64,000 nucleotides of DNA from a virus. This document shows positions 46,007 to 55,526 of the stretch, piece after piece (within the stretch, counting starts at the first letter, position 1; every line of letters begins with the position of its first letter). Below the pieces are notes generated by a model. That model made no database searches. It was not told the origin of the DNA and was given only the letters and a program-made list of their open reading frames with translations. Both the position numbers and the translations under genes were made by a program. Where the stretch lies: IMG/VR virus record IMGVR_UViG_3300039412_000320, one strand, 5' to 3'.

Positions 46007-46732
46007 CTACCTTATAGAATCTTCTAAGTATTGTGCCGCTTTCCTAAGTAGTTCAGGTTTATCTTTGAACATACCGAGACCGGGATTACATCTTGAGCAT
46101 AAAATACCACGAAATTTTCCTGTGATGTGGTCGTGGTCCGCTGCCCGTGTCCGATGACCCACTGCTTCCCCGCAGATAGCACAGAACCACCCATGAATTT
46201 CTATCCATTTGAAGACCTCTTTGGGGTCGAGTCCTAATTTTCTCCATTGCCGCCGCCATTGGGCTTTCTGTGCCTTGGCTGAGCGCACAGGGTCTTTCTT
46301 GCATCTTTCCAACGAGCGTTGTTTTATGTCCTTAGCTTTCTTCGGAAACTTGGAACGCCGTTCCTTTTGTTCGTCTGACTCGCACTTCTTGCAGCGGCTA
46401 CGTCGTTTATGTCCGCCCCTGCCATCAGGTCTGAGACTATATGCCTCAATTGGGAAAGGATTTCCACACCTGTTGCACCTTTTTTCTAATGGCTCTTTGC
46501 CCTTGCACACCGTGCATCTCAGTGCCCTCTTGTCCTTTGTAAGACCACAGGGGCAGAAGTCTCGTTTGTGGTTACAGTCCCGACACAAGGGTTTAGTTTT
46601 ATATTTAGGTTTACCGCATACGCAAGTATCCCTGCGGTTTTTCAAGTGGCATTGCTGGCATTCTACTGCGTAGCGGTTCTTAGGATTTCCGCAAGCGCAT
46701 AGGTCTTGCCATGAATGGACGAGTCGTGCCAT
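46007..46732 (-). CDS. Endonuclease VII-family HNH nuclease with N-terminal Cys-rich repeats
   Basis: 'ADHDHITGKFRGILCSRCNPGLGMF'; multiple CxxC pairs. Confidence 0.7.
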   Translation of the reverse strand: MARLVHSWQDLCACGNPKNRYAVECQQCHLKNRRDTCVCGKPKYKTKPLCRDCNHKRDFCPCGLTKDKRALRCTVCKGKEPLEKRCNRCGNPFPIEAYSLRPDGRGGHKRRSRCKKCESDEQKERRSKFPKKAKDIKQRSLERCKKDPVRSAKAQKAQWRRQWRKLGLDPKEVFKWIEIHGWFCAICGEAVGHRTRAADHDHITGKFRGILCSRCNPGLGMFKDKPELLRKAAQYLEDSIR

Positions 46733-46789
46733 ATGTTTCCTTCACTTATAGTTTTGTTAGGCAAGTTTTGCGCATTAGAGACCGATTCC

Positions 46790-47254
46790 TTACATTTTTG
46801 CAGCACAAATAGGGCCAATGCCGGTTAAGCATGACTCCGGGGTCGTAAGTGTTCTCCCACAAACTCCGCACCTTCCTTCGTGGTATATCTCCGTCATGGG
46901 AGGTTCTTGCTCGCAGGCAAGGTACTCTATTACCCAGCTTATTGCTATAACGCACGGGCTGTTGTAGTTAAACTTGGAACCCTTAGTGAGGTTGAAGGTG
47001 ACCTCGGTTGGGCGGTCAAAAATCATGCCGACATAAGTGTAGTCGTTCTCGTTGTCGGGTCCGCTCAAGACACTGACGAAATATGCCGGAGGCATCCCTT
47101 CCTTCTTGGACAAAGGTTTGATTTTGTAGGTGAAATGGTTGCCGGTCTTTTGGCTTCTGAAAGTAACTGTGGGGATATATTCTTTTTCACCAACCTTCCC
47201 ACTGAGCATGAACTTTAGGGCAGCCTCGGGGTCCGTAATCATTCCCTGCATCAT
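46790..47254 (-). CDS. hypothetical protein (start set at the Met pair preceded by a minus-strand class B motif)
   Basis: Reverse complement of 47255-47280 reads AGGTATACTGTAAGTGGAGGGAAAAC then ATGATG. Confidence 0.45.
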   Translation of the reverse strand: MMQGMITDPEAALKFMLSGKVGEKEYIPTVTFRSQKTGNHFTYKIKPLSKKEGMPPAYFVSVLSGPDNENDYTYVGMIFDRPTEVTFNLTKGSKFNYNSPCVIAISWVIEYLACEQEPPMTEIYHEGRCGVCGRTLTTPESCLTGIGPICAAKM

Positions 47255-47260
47255 GTTTTC

Positions 47261-47329
47261 CCTCCACTTACAGTATACCTCAATGTGACCGATTATTTCC
47301 GTTATTTTTTGGTATTTATACAGTGGAGG
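47261..47329. promoter_or_regulatory. Back-to-back divergent class B promoter-like motifs
   Basis: Minus: AGGTATACTGTAAGTGGAGGG; plus: GGTATTTATACAGTGGAGG, then ATG at 47334. Confidence 0.5.
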
Positions 47330-47333
47330 TTGT

Positions 47334-47714
47334 ATGAGCAAATTTGATAGCATTGCGGTTGGTCGGTACTTCAAGGCGGCTGGGGCGAGCTACAAGAAGA
47401 CCGCTCCCGGCATCTACGTGAGCTTGGAATCCCCCGACATTGAGATTTACTGGGACCCCATGTTTGATGCCAGAATCGAAGGAGTGGGTGCACCCTCGGA
47501 CGGGAAACCGGTCAATACCGAGGACAAGTTCATCACCAATCCTCAGACCCGGCTGGTTACCCCCAACCCCAATTACAAGTATCGGACCGCCGAGGCGGCT
47601 TTCGCCGAGCTTTGGGGTTCCGCTCTGTTCGACTGCGGCCCCGAGGATTACGAAATCATGGTGAAGAAGGCAATCGAAGCCGTCCGGTTCATGAAGGCCA
47701 AAGAACTGATGTAG
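47334..47714 (+). CDS. hypothetical protein
   Basis: Class B motif + SD directly upstream. Confidence 0.5.
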   Translation: MSKFDSIAVGRYFKAAGASYKKTAPGIYVSLESPDIEIYWDPMFDARIEGVGAPSDGKPVNTEDKFITNPQTRLVTPNPNYKYRTAEAAFAELWGSALFDCGPEDYEIMVKKAIEAVRFMKAKELM

Positions 47715-47753
47715 TCTCGATTTCTTTACAGAAAAATCCCAACAGGAGGAAGT

Positions 47754-48335
47754 GTGAGTAAATCATCCTTACAGCCCAAGCCCTTTGTATTGAAAAAGTC
47801 CACCGTCAAAAAGCAGTTCCTCAGTTCCCTGCAAAAGTACTGCAGACAACTCGAAGAAGAACTCCAGAAGATTTACAACAACCCGGATGAAATCGTTGGC
47901 AAACTGGCGACCGCCTATCAGGGAGCACAAGGCTCCGCCAAGAGGCTATCCGCTCTTGCCGCCACACTCCTCAAGCACGCCGGGGGCAGGGTGGAACTCA
48001 GCAAGGTGGAACTTGAACAGTTCAAGGGCATGGCAATCAACATCAAGTGGGAACTGCCGGAAGGAATCACCGACGCTGAGAAAGCCGAGTCCTACGTTTT
48101 CTCCTACGATGCCATTACAGAGGCCGAACTCGCCAAGATGCAGGCTCAGCCCGCCCCACCGCCCGCCCCTGCGCCGGGAGCGCCTCCTAGCGGGCCTGCG
48201 GGGCCTTCTACGTTCACCGCCGATGAAAATCCGGCTGATGTCGTGCCTCAAGGTACCGCCTTCCCGGATGCTGTGACCGGTCCTACGGGTCCCGCTGTGG
48301 AGGAGTCCACCCCCTCCGCCGACGCAACTGCGTAG
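47754..48335 (+). CDS. hypothetical protein with Pro/Ala-rich C-terminus
   Basis: SD 'AGGAGGAAG' upstream. Confidence 0.5.
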   Translation: MSKSSLQPKPFVLKKSTVKKQFLSSLQKYCRQLEEELQKIYNNPDEIVGKLATAYQGAQGSAKRLSALAATLLKHAGGRVELSKVELEQFKGMAINIKWELPEGITDAEKAESYVFSYDAITEAELAKMQAQPAPPPAPAPGAPPSGPAGPSTFTADENPADVVPQGTAFPDAVTGPTGPAVEESTPSADATA

Positions 48336-48388
48336 GGAAGTTCGACTATCATCCTCATAGTGAAAGCAAAAATTTCGGGGAGGAAACA

Positions 48389-49549
48389 ATGAGTGAGGGG
48401 TGCAGGAAAAAAGTGGCAGTTGCCCTATGCTACAAGGACTTTGCCTTTTGGACAGGGTACAGTTCGGTGGGTCTCGCCGTAGCAGCAAAGAAGACAGCGG
48501 AAGAACTTAACCAACATGGAATCAGGACTTACGTTATCGGCGTTAAAGATAACGTTGAGCTTCTCCAGTCCATTCTCTTTCACAATGGCAAGCGAGCGAA
48601 AGAAGGCAAGGGTCCATTGACCCACTGTGTCATCATGGCACCGTGGATTACGCCGCTGGATTTGAAGGCACTGGTCAACTACTTCCCCGACATGGAGTTC
48701 ACCGTAAAGTCGCATTGTAACGTGGCGGCTTTATATGGCGATTACCGGGGAATAGGAAACTTCCGCCAGTACGCCGACTTGATGAACGACCTTCCCAACC
48801 TTTCGGTATCCGGGAACTCTCGTTCATTCACCCAGTGGTTCAGTGAAGCCTATGGGGTCAATACCTTCCTGCTGCCTGACTTGTATTCCAGTCGGGGCCA
48901 TCACGAGGGCAAGGTACGGTTCTCATCTCAACCTCTACGTCTTGGTGCATTCGGCGCACTCCGCCCGGAGAAGAACATCCCCTCGGCGGTTGCTGCCGGT
49001 CTTCTCATTCAGAACCGCTTGCAGGTGCCCGTCTCTTTCCATATCAATCAGGGAGGGGAGTCTGAGGGCAAGGCCATTGTTAACACGATTGAACAGATGT
49101 CTCAGGCTATCCCCGGATTTGATGTAGTCAAGCACAGGTGGATGCCGTGGGAAAAGTTCTCCGAACTCGTGAGAACCATGGACCTCCTGTTTCAGCCGTC
49201 ATTCACCGAGTCGTTCAATATCGTGACGGCGGATGGTGTGGTCATGGGAGTTCCTACCGTGGTCTCTGACGCTGTGCGATGGGCACCCAAGCAGTGGAAG
49301 GCAAACCCCGATAGCCCGGAGAACATCGCCAACGTGGGCCTTCACCTTCTGGACGACCCACGGGCGTGGCTTGATGGTAAGGAAGCTCTCAACGAGCACA
49401 ACCACAAAGGTCTTCGTCTGTGGAAGAACTATCTCTACGATGAGGAACCAGAGGAGCCGGTCATCCCGGCTCCCGAGCCTGTCCCGGAAGTGGAAGAACC
49501 CGGTTGGGTAAGCCAGCTTATTCAGTTAGTCAAAGACCTCTGGTCATAA
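48389..49549 (+). CDS. GT1/GT4-type (GT-B) glycosyltransferase
   Basis: C-terminal 'SFTESFNIVTADGVVMGVPTVVSD' matches the Glycos_transf_1 EX7E region. Confidence 0.5.
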   Translation: MSEGCRKKVAVALCYKDFAFWTGYSSVGLAVAAKKTAEELNQHGIRTYVIGVKDNVELLQSILFHNGKRAKEGKGPLTHCVIMAPWITPLDLKALVNYFPDMEFTVKSHCNVAALYGDYRGIGNFRQYADLMNDLPNLSVSGNSRSFTQWFSEAYGVNTFLLPDLYSSRGHHEGKVRFSSQPLRLGAFGALRPEKNIPSAVAAGLLIQNRLQVPVSFHINQGGESEGKAIVNTIEQMSQAIPGFDVVKHRWMPWEKFSELVRTMDLLFQPSFTESFNIVTADGVVMGVPTVVSDAVRWAPKQWKANPDSPENIANVGLHLLDDPRAWLDGKEALNEHNHKGLRLWKNYLYDEEPEEPVIPAPEPVPEVEEPGWVSQLIQLVKDLWS

Positions 49550-49587
49550 TATGGATTATCATTTGCTTATTTGGGGATGTACATCAA

Positions 49588-50175
49588 ATGATGTTCAAAG
49601 ATTTGACGGGAATGCGTTTTGGTAGATTAACCATCCTTAAATTGTTTGGCAGGGATAAGTACCAAAAAATAAAGTGGTTGGCTCGTTGTGATTGTGGTGT
49701 AGAAAAACCCACTTTAGGAAGACACCTGATTAGTGGTGCTGTAAAGAGTTGTGGGTGTCTTCAAAGAGAAAATGCAAGAAAGTGTAGATTAGGCAAAGCA
49801 TCCGGGAATAAACTCCCTGCCGGTCAAAGTATGAGAAACCGGGTTCTCTCAATCTATAAAAACCAAGCAAAAAAACGTGGATACGAGTGGGCATTAAGCG
49901 ATGCCCAATTCGATACTCTTGTTTGTCAGCCTTGTCATTACTGTGGTAGACCCCCTGTTGGATGTGCAAAAACTAAAGCTAACAATGGGGCTTTTATATA
50001 CAACGGTCTGGACCGCATGAATAATGATTGCGGTTATACAGAGGGAAATACGGTGACTTGTTGCAAAATATGTAATCGTTGTAAAAGTAATATGTCTTAT
50101 ATGGAATTCATTGACTATTTGATTACAGCAAGCCATTATATAAAAAAGATGGGTTTACATGAATCTAAAACTTAA
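49588..50175 (+). CDS. HNH homing endonuclease
   Basis: 'CHYCGRPP...YNGLDRMNNDCGYTEGNTVTCCKICNRCK'. Confidence 0.75.
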   Translation: MMFKDLTGMRFGRLTILKLFGRDKYQKIKWLARCDCGVEKPTLGRHLISGAVKSCGCLQRENARKCRLGKASGNKLPAGQSMRNRVLSIYKNQAKKRGYEWALSDAQFDTLVCQPCHYCGRPPVGCAKTKANNGAFIYNGLDRMNNDCGYTEGNTVTCCKICNRCKSNMSYMEFIDYLITASHYIKKMGLHESKT

Positions 50176-50821
50176 GGCCGAAATTGATGCAATTAAGTGG
50201 TGGCACAGGATTGACCTTGGCGACGGGGTCATCACCCCCGGCACCACCGACAGCGAGGAGAAGCTTCGTCGTTTGCATCTCCCCGAGGACTTAACCGGCA
50301 AGAGCGTACTGGATGTAGGTGCGTGGGATGGCTGGTGGAGCTTCTTGTGCGAGCGCCGGGGGGCCTCTGCGGTGACTGCCGTGGATACGTGGTGCTTTGA
50401 CACCGGACGCCGGGGATTTGACCTCGCCACACGAGTGTTAAATTCCAAGGTGGTGGGGATAAAACTTGATGTTCATGACTTGGACCCGGACCTTCTTGGG
50501 AAGTATGACTTCGTTCTTTGCCTCGGGGCGCTCCACCACTTTCAAAACCCCCTTCTTGCCCTCCAGAAGCTTCACTCTGTCTGCAAGGGAAAGCTCATCT
50601 TGGAAACCCATTTGGATTGGATTTTCAAGGAAGAACCCATATGCAGTTTCTATGATAAAAACAAGCCTTACGGTGACCCCACATGCCTTTGGGGACCAAA
50701 TCCCCCATGCGTTGAATCTTGGCTAAAGTTCGCTGGTTTCAATGATGCCCACATGGTCAGCATTAAATACAAACCCGCTAACTGGAGTGGTGACCGAGGC
50801 GTGTTTCACGCCTTAGCATAA
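50159..50821 (+). CDS. Class I SAM-dependent methyltransferase
   Basis: Motif I 'VLDVGAWDGWWS'; 'FVLCLGALHH'. Confidence 0.6.
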   Translation: MNLKLKAEIDAIKWWHRIDLGDGVITPGTTDSEEKLRRLHLPEDLTGKSVLDVGAWDGWWSFLCERRGASAVTAVDTWCFDTGRRGFDLATRVLNSKVVGIKLDVHDLDPDLLGKYDFVLCLGALHHFQNPLLALQKLHSVCKGKLILETHLDWIFKEEPICSFYDKNKPYGDPTCLWGPNPPCVESWLKFAGFNDAHMVSIKYKPANWSGDRGVFHALA

Positions 50822-50885
50822 TCAAAACCACAACTATCACACCCTCTATTGTGGGGCTATTATGCCCCTAGTGTAGTCAAATTCA

Positions 50886-51524
50886 GTGCAGTACAGTGGG
50901 GGATATATGTCCGCAAAAAGAAAGATTCGTAAGACCCGTGTGTCTCCCGAGGGAATTCAAACGGAGACCGTCAAAGCCAAAACCACCAAACTCAGAGCCG
51001 AAATAGAAAGATTGGAGAAGGAGCTTACCGAAGCCGGTGCCGCCGATTTCTTTGATTATGGTGCCGACGTTCCCAAGCTCACCCCCAAGACGGCAGAGAC
51101 CTTGGTTGCTTCCCTTTTTCATGAGGGGAAGGATGGGGAACCACTGGTGGAAACACCCCCACCCCCGGAGAAGGTCAGCCGCCCCGTGCAGGCACTCGAA
51201 AACCTGATGGAAGCGGATGAAGAGAAGATGCATTGCGCCGTGGCAAATGCAGACGCCAAGGCAGAGGCCATCAAAACCGAGGTGGAGGTTTCGGAATTCA
51301 AACGATTCCCGCATCTAGCCGTTGATATTGTGCCTTCCCGTGTTTCCGGTTTGGACAAGAGTGCAAACCTCGGTTACTTCCGGTCATTGGAAGGCAGGGT
51401 GCTGACTATCCTTGACGCTTCTTCTTCCGACAGGACTCAAAGAGAGGCCCTTAAGACGTTGATACGGAAAGAGTTCAGGAGCACCATGACTTCGGTTGAG
51501 GTTGCTCTAACTCCACCAAGGTAG
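50886..51524 (+). CDS. hypothetical protein
   Basis: ORF. Confidence 0.45.
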   Translation: MQYSGGYMSAKRKIRKTRVSPEGIQTETVKAKTTKLRAEIERLEKELTEAGAADFFDYGADVPKLTPKTAETLVASLFHEGKDGEPLVETPPPPEKVSRPVQALENLMEADEEKMHCAVANADAKAEAIKTEVEVSEFKRFPHLAVDIVPSRVSGLDKSANLGYFRSLEGRVLTILDASSSDRTQREALKTLIRKEFRSTMTSVEVALTPPR

Positions 51525-51549
51525 CTATGAAAGCCTCTATTGAGGCCCC

Positions 51550-52056
51550 ATGAATCCGTTGCTCCGCCCCAAGCAGGCGATGCCCTTGACTCCCGAAGCG
51601 CAGAAGCGCTTTAAGGTAACGGGGGACCGTGTCTTGGATGAGGTACAGGTGGGGGACTACGAACTCTTTCTCACCGTAGACTCCCGCTTTGGATTTCATC
51701 AGATTGGTCTCCAGCGCCGGGGACAGGACTTCACCAGCGAAGAGCAGTTGGAACACATCGTCCCCAAGGTCTGGGGTAGCTTCGACCGCAAGGCGTTCAA
51801 GGAATCCATCACCCGCTGGCTCGCCCAATACCACATGCTGGTGGTTGCTTCCCATAGCGCCGTCAAGACCAAGATGTACGGGCTGGCTCTGCGGGCTATC
51901 GGGTTTAAGCTGACTCCGGTTCCTTCCACGGGCCTGTTCTCCTACATCGGCGACGGGAGGGAAGACCCTCGTAAGATAAAGATGCTTGAACAAATGGGGC
52001 AGTTCATGGAGCAAATGCAAAATCCCCTCGAAGAAGAGCCGGAAGAAGAGTACTAA
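51550..52056 (+). CDS. hypothetical protein
   Basis: ORF. Confidence 0.45.
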   Translation: MNPLLRPKQAMPLTPEAQKRFKVTGDRVLDEVQVGDYELFLTVDSRFGFHQIGLQRRGQDFTSEEQLEHIVPKVWGSFDRKAFKESITRWLAQYHMLVVASHSAVKTKMYGLALRAIGFKLTPVPSTGLFSYIGDGREDPRKIKMLEQMGQFMEQMQNPLEEEPEEEY

Positions 52057-52181
52057 ATTTCCCATAAAACTCAGTATTATAAATAAGCCAAAACGTAATA
52101 TTTTCTTTGCTTCATAGGTCCGATAATTAAATGGGTGTTTATAAAAGAACCAATATGATTTCCCTATGTGGGGAGTTATGA

Positions 52182-52913
52182 ATGTTAAATAATTTTTATG
52201 TGTACGTATTTCTACGAAAGGATGGTACCCCTTATTATGTTGGTAAGGGCCATGGCAAACGGGCGTTTAACGCCAGTCGGAGGTTTCACCCTCGTGATTT
52301 AACACGAATTCAAATAGTTAAAGATAATCTTGATGAACCAACTGCCTTTAATTTGGAAAAAAGCTTGGTGGCTAAATACGGTAGAAAAGATTTGGGTACC
52401 GGAATTCTCCATAATCACACAGATGGTGGAGAAGGCACCGCCGGATACACTCTAAATGAAAAACAAAGAAAAGTTCGGTCAATAATCTCTAAAAACCAGT
52501 CCGCCGTTACACGAGCTAAAATTTCGGCGACATTAAAAGGAAGGAAATTTTCAAAAAGTACTTTAATTAAAATGAAAAGGTCTGCGGTTATTCGGTCAGC
52601 AAGTGAAATATATCGCACTATGATGTCTAAAGCCAAGAAAGCTAGCATGACCACTGAAGTTAAAAAGAAAATCAGTCTAGGACTTAAAGGAAAAACGAAA
52701 TCAGAGACTCATCGAGAACATTTAAGAGAAGCGTGGAAGTTTCGGTTACGGGGTGAAAAAAGAAACGAGGAAAGTAAAAAACACAGTAAAGTCGCTCAAC
52801 AAAATTATTGGAGTACGGTTACTCGGTTTCAATGTCCCCACTGCGGTAAAACCGTAGTAGAGAGGTTCTATTATAAATGGCACGGGGAAAATTGCAAGAA
52901 AAACGTAAGATAA
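52182..52913 (+). CDS. GIY-YIG homing endonuclease (distinct subtype) with NUMOD repeats
   Basis: 'FYVYVFLRKDGTPYYVGKGHGKRAF'; NUMOD-like 'KQRKVRSIISKNQSAVTRAKISATLKG'. Confidence 0.7.
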   Translation: MLNNFYVYVFLRKDGTPYYVGKGHGKRAFNASRRFHPRDLTRIQIVKDNLDEPTAFNLEKSLVAKYGRKDLGTGILHNHTDGGEGTAGYTLNEKQRKVRSIISKNQSAVTRAKISATLKGRKFSKSTLIKMKRSAVIRSASEIYRTMMSKAKKASMTTEVKKKISLGLKGKTKSETHREHLREAWKFRLRGEKRNEESKKHSKVAQQNYWSTVTRFQCPHCGKTVVERFYYKWHGENCKKNVR

Positions 52914-53464
52914 CAGATGGTTTTGGGGCTTGGTGGTTTCTCTACTACCATCCTAAACTTAACTGTCGGGTGAGAACCCCGGAGTCTCCTGTGGATGCCG
53001 CCCGGTCCAAGCGGAAGGGATTCATCGTTACCAAAGACAGGGGTGGTCAGCACTGGCGGGAATGGCGGCACGAGTTCCATCGTGCTATTGAGGAAAACCT
53101 TAGCATCTTCTACACGCTCGTGGACGACAAGGGTGAAGTCAACGATGACAGAACCAAGAATGTCAACCCTGAGTGCTGGCTGGAACTGGGTCACTTGGAG
53201 TGGGGTTACATGTCGGAGTGGGATACCAGTACCGCCCTGATGCCCTTCCATGACGTGGAGCTTGACTGCGGCGGTCCCACTTTCGATGAAGCTCTTATCG
53301 AGCTTGCCAATTTGACGTTCAAACATTACGGAAACTATCGGCTCAAAAAGAACATGGTTCGAGAAGGGAAGTGCTCTCGCCCGTGCGCCGACTGCAAGTG
53401 GCTGAATGCCCTCAGCCGGAAGGTAATGAAGCGCATCAAGAAGGAAAAAGGGGATGCACATTGA
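52877..53464 (+). CDS. hypothetical protein
   Basis: Overlaps the 3' end of the upstream gene. Confidence 0.4.
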   Translation: MARGKLQEKRKITDGFGAWWFLYYHPKLNCRVRTPESPVDAARSKRKGFIVTKDRGGQHWREWRHEFHRAIEENLSIFYTLVDDKGEVNDDRTKNVNPECWLELGHLEWGYMSEWDTSTALMPFHDVELDCGGPTFDEALIELANLTFKHYGNYRLKKNMVREGKCSRPCADCKWLNALSRKVMKRIKKEKGDAH

Positions 53465-53581
53465 TTGGGGAGTTGTCGCATATTTCGCTTTTGGCGTAAT
53501 CTCTATTGGTGGTATTCTTCTCTGGTTTTGCCACAATAAGAACTCATTGTCATAAAAACAACAACTTTCGCTCCCCTTTAT

Positions 53582-54235
53582 ATGGATAAACTAACGGAGA
53601 GATTTCGTACCTGTATTTGTGGAAGAGAGTTTTCTTACCAAGTTGGTAGGGGTACAGACCGCAAATATTGCTCTGTTAAGTGTAGAACCGAGTATGAAAA
53701 GTCTACCTTAAAATCCAGAAGAAAAATTAAAAGAGCGTTAGTTTGTAATACACCAAATTGTGGTAAGCTGGTTGACCGCCCCACCTACGGTCTATGTGAG
53801 GCTTGTTATTATCAACAAAGAAGAACGGGCAGTGTGGTTAGACAAGGAGTTAAGTTTCGTGCCGTCAAGAAAGATGGGTATGTAAGACTAATCCTCCCTC
53901 AGCATCCTTTAGCGATTAGTGCGGGATACGTTTTAGAACACAGAAAAGTTTTATACGATAGGTATGGTCCCGGCGTTCACCCCTGTTTTTGGTGTGGAAA
54001 TACTCTTGAATGGAAGGATATTGTGGGTGACCACTTAAATGAAATTAAAGAGGATAATAGTCCAGAAAATCTAGTTATTTCATGTAATAAGTGTAATCGT
54101 TTGAGGGGTGGTATGATTGGGTTTTTCAAATGCTTAAGACCGGAAGCCCTGCCCATTTTTTTGAAATGCATGGAAGGGTGGATAATTCCTTTTGTGAAAG
54201 AACCACCCGTCTTTCAAACCTTGCCGTTTTCATGA
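53582..54235 (+). CDS. Zn-ribbon + HNH endonuclease
   Basis: 'CFWCGNTLEWKDIVGDHLNEIKEDNSPENLVISCNKCN'; class A-like motif at 53563-53581. Confidence 0.65.
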   Translation: MDKLTERFRTCICGREFSYQVGRGTDRKYCSVKCRTEYEKSTLKSRRKIKRALVCNTPNCGKLVDRPTYGLCEACYYQQRRTGSVVRQGVKFRAVKKDGYVRLILPQHPLAISAGYVLEHRKVLYDRYGPGVHPCFWCGNTLEWKDIVGDHLNEIKEDNSPENLVISCNKCNRLRGGMIGFFKCLRPEALPIFLKCMEGWIIPFVKEPPVFQTLPFS

Positions 54236-54569
54236 GTTTGGTCTTAACTTTATGAGACTCTAAACACATTGTTCGTAAGTTCTCCATCACTGTCTGCCCA
54301 CCGTCTTGCAACTCCACGATATGGTCAACTTCCAGCGAACCCGCCTCATGCTTATTGCGATGACAGAGGACACAGCGGTACTTGTCCCGGCGCTTTACTT
54401 TGTTGCGGATGAATGACCAGTCGCAGAGGAGGAGGACTTCGATGGTGCATTGTTTGCTGCACCATGAGGTCCGGCGACCGGTTAGAGCTTTGCCGCAGAA
54501 GCGGCAAAGGTTAAACCCTAATTCATCTTTACGTTTTGGAAAATCTTCCCAACTATGTGACATTCCTCT
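54126..54569 (-). CDS. HNH endonuclease
   Basis: 'YRCVLCHRNKHEAGSLEVDHIVELQDGG...NLRTMCLESH'; start moved to 'MAKERG'. Confidence 0.65.
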   Translation of the reverse strand, partial: RGMSHSWEDFPKRKDELGFNLCRFCGKALTGRRTSWCSKQCTIEVLLLCDWSFIRNKVKRRDKYRCVLCHRNKHEAGSLEVDHIVELQDGGQTVMENLRTMCLESHKVKTKLMKTARFERRVVLSQKELSTLPCISKKWAGLPVLSI

Positions 54570-54636
54570 TTCTTTAGCCATTTGATTAAGAAAATCAAAT
54601 ATGGAATATATTAGTAATGGGAGGAATATACAACGA

Positions 54637-55425
54637 ATGCACAAATTTATAGATATGAGAAATAGACCAGAGTTATTGCCCCAAGATTGTATATGGATTG
54701 TTTTAAGTGATTCACCTCAAGGTGGAGGGAAGAGGGGTAAGCCGTATAAGTGGTATTGTCAGTGTTCTGGGTGTGGGGTTAAACGCTGGATTGTGGGGTT
54801 GAATTTACGTTCTGGTAGAACACTAGGTTGTAGACGATGCTGGGGTAAGCGGATGTCTCAAAGGCAGCTTATTGATATGAGGATTCAGCCGTTACCCCCA
54901 GAGTGTCCTTGGGAAATTTTGGATGAACCTCCTAAAACTATCCAACAGCAACGAGGTAAGGCATATCTTTGGCACGCACGATGCCGCATTCATGGAGTGA
55001 AGTCTTGGATTCGTATAAGGAAAGACAGGAACAGCGGTTGTTACCTTTGCGGGCGGCATCTTCAATCTTTAGGTCGTCAGAAACGGCCCCTTGAGTGGAT
55101 GATAGCGCAAATTCGTAGAAGTAAAAAATGGGAGGGATTAACTTATGAGGAACTTGTTACTATAACCGAATCTAAAACATGCCACTATTGTGATGAACCC
55201 CTAATTTGGAATGCTTTATCCCATAAGGGATGTGGGGCGAACAATAGGACAAACCTTGATAGGAAAGACTCTTCAATTGGATATCGAAAAGATAACTTGG
55301 TTCCGTGCTGCCCTAAATGCAATTGCGGAAAATCAAACCGGTTTACATATGAACAGTGGGTAGAAATTGGACAACTCATAAAGGCAATGAGAGAACACCA
55401 CCCCTATACATTTACTCCCGCTTAG
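54637..55425 (+). CDS. HNH homing endonuclease with N-terminal repeated Cys modules
   Basis: 'CHYCDEPLIW...NNRTNLDRKDSSIGYRKDNLVPCCPKCNCGK'; SD GGGAGG before ATG 54637. Confidence 0.7.
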   Translation: MHKFIDMRNRPELLPQDCIWIVLSDSPQGGGKRGKPYKWYCQCSGCGVKRWIVGLNLRSGRTLGCRRCWGKRMSQRQLIDMRIQPLPPECPWEILDEPPKTIQQQRGKAYLWHARCRIHGVKSWIRIRKDRNSGCYLCGRHLQSLGRQKRPLEWMIAQIRRSKKWEGLTYEELVTITESKTCHYCDEPLIWNALSHKGCGANNRTNLDRKDSSIGYRKDNLVPCCPKCNCGKSNRFTYEQWVEIGQLIKAMREHHPYTFTPA

Positions 55426-55526
55426 GTGAAGAGGAGAACTGGTATTATCCCTCTTCACCTAAGCGGGTATATGTAACCCATAACTAGATGGATGAATGTC
55501 CACTTGAGCCTTTTTGAAAAACATAA

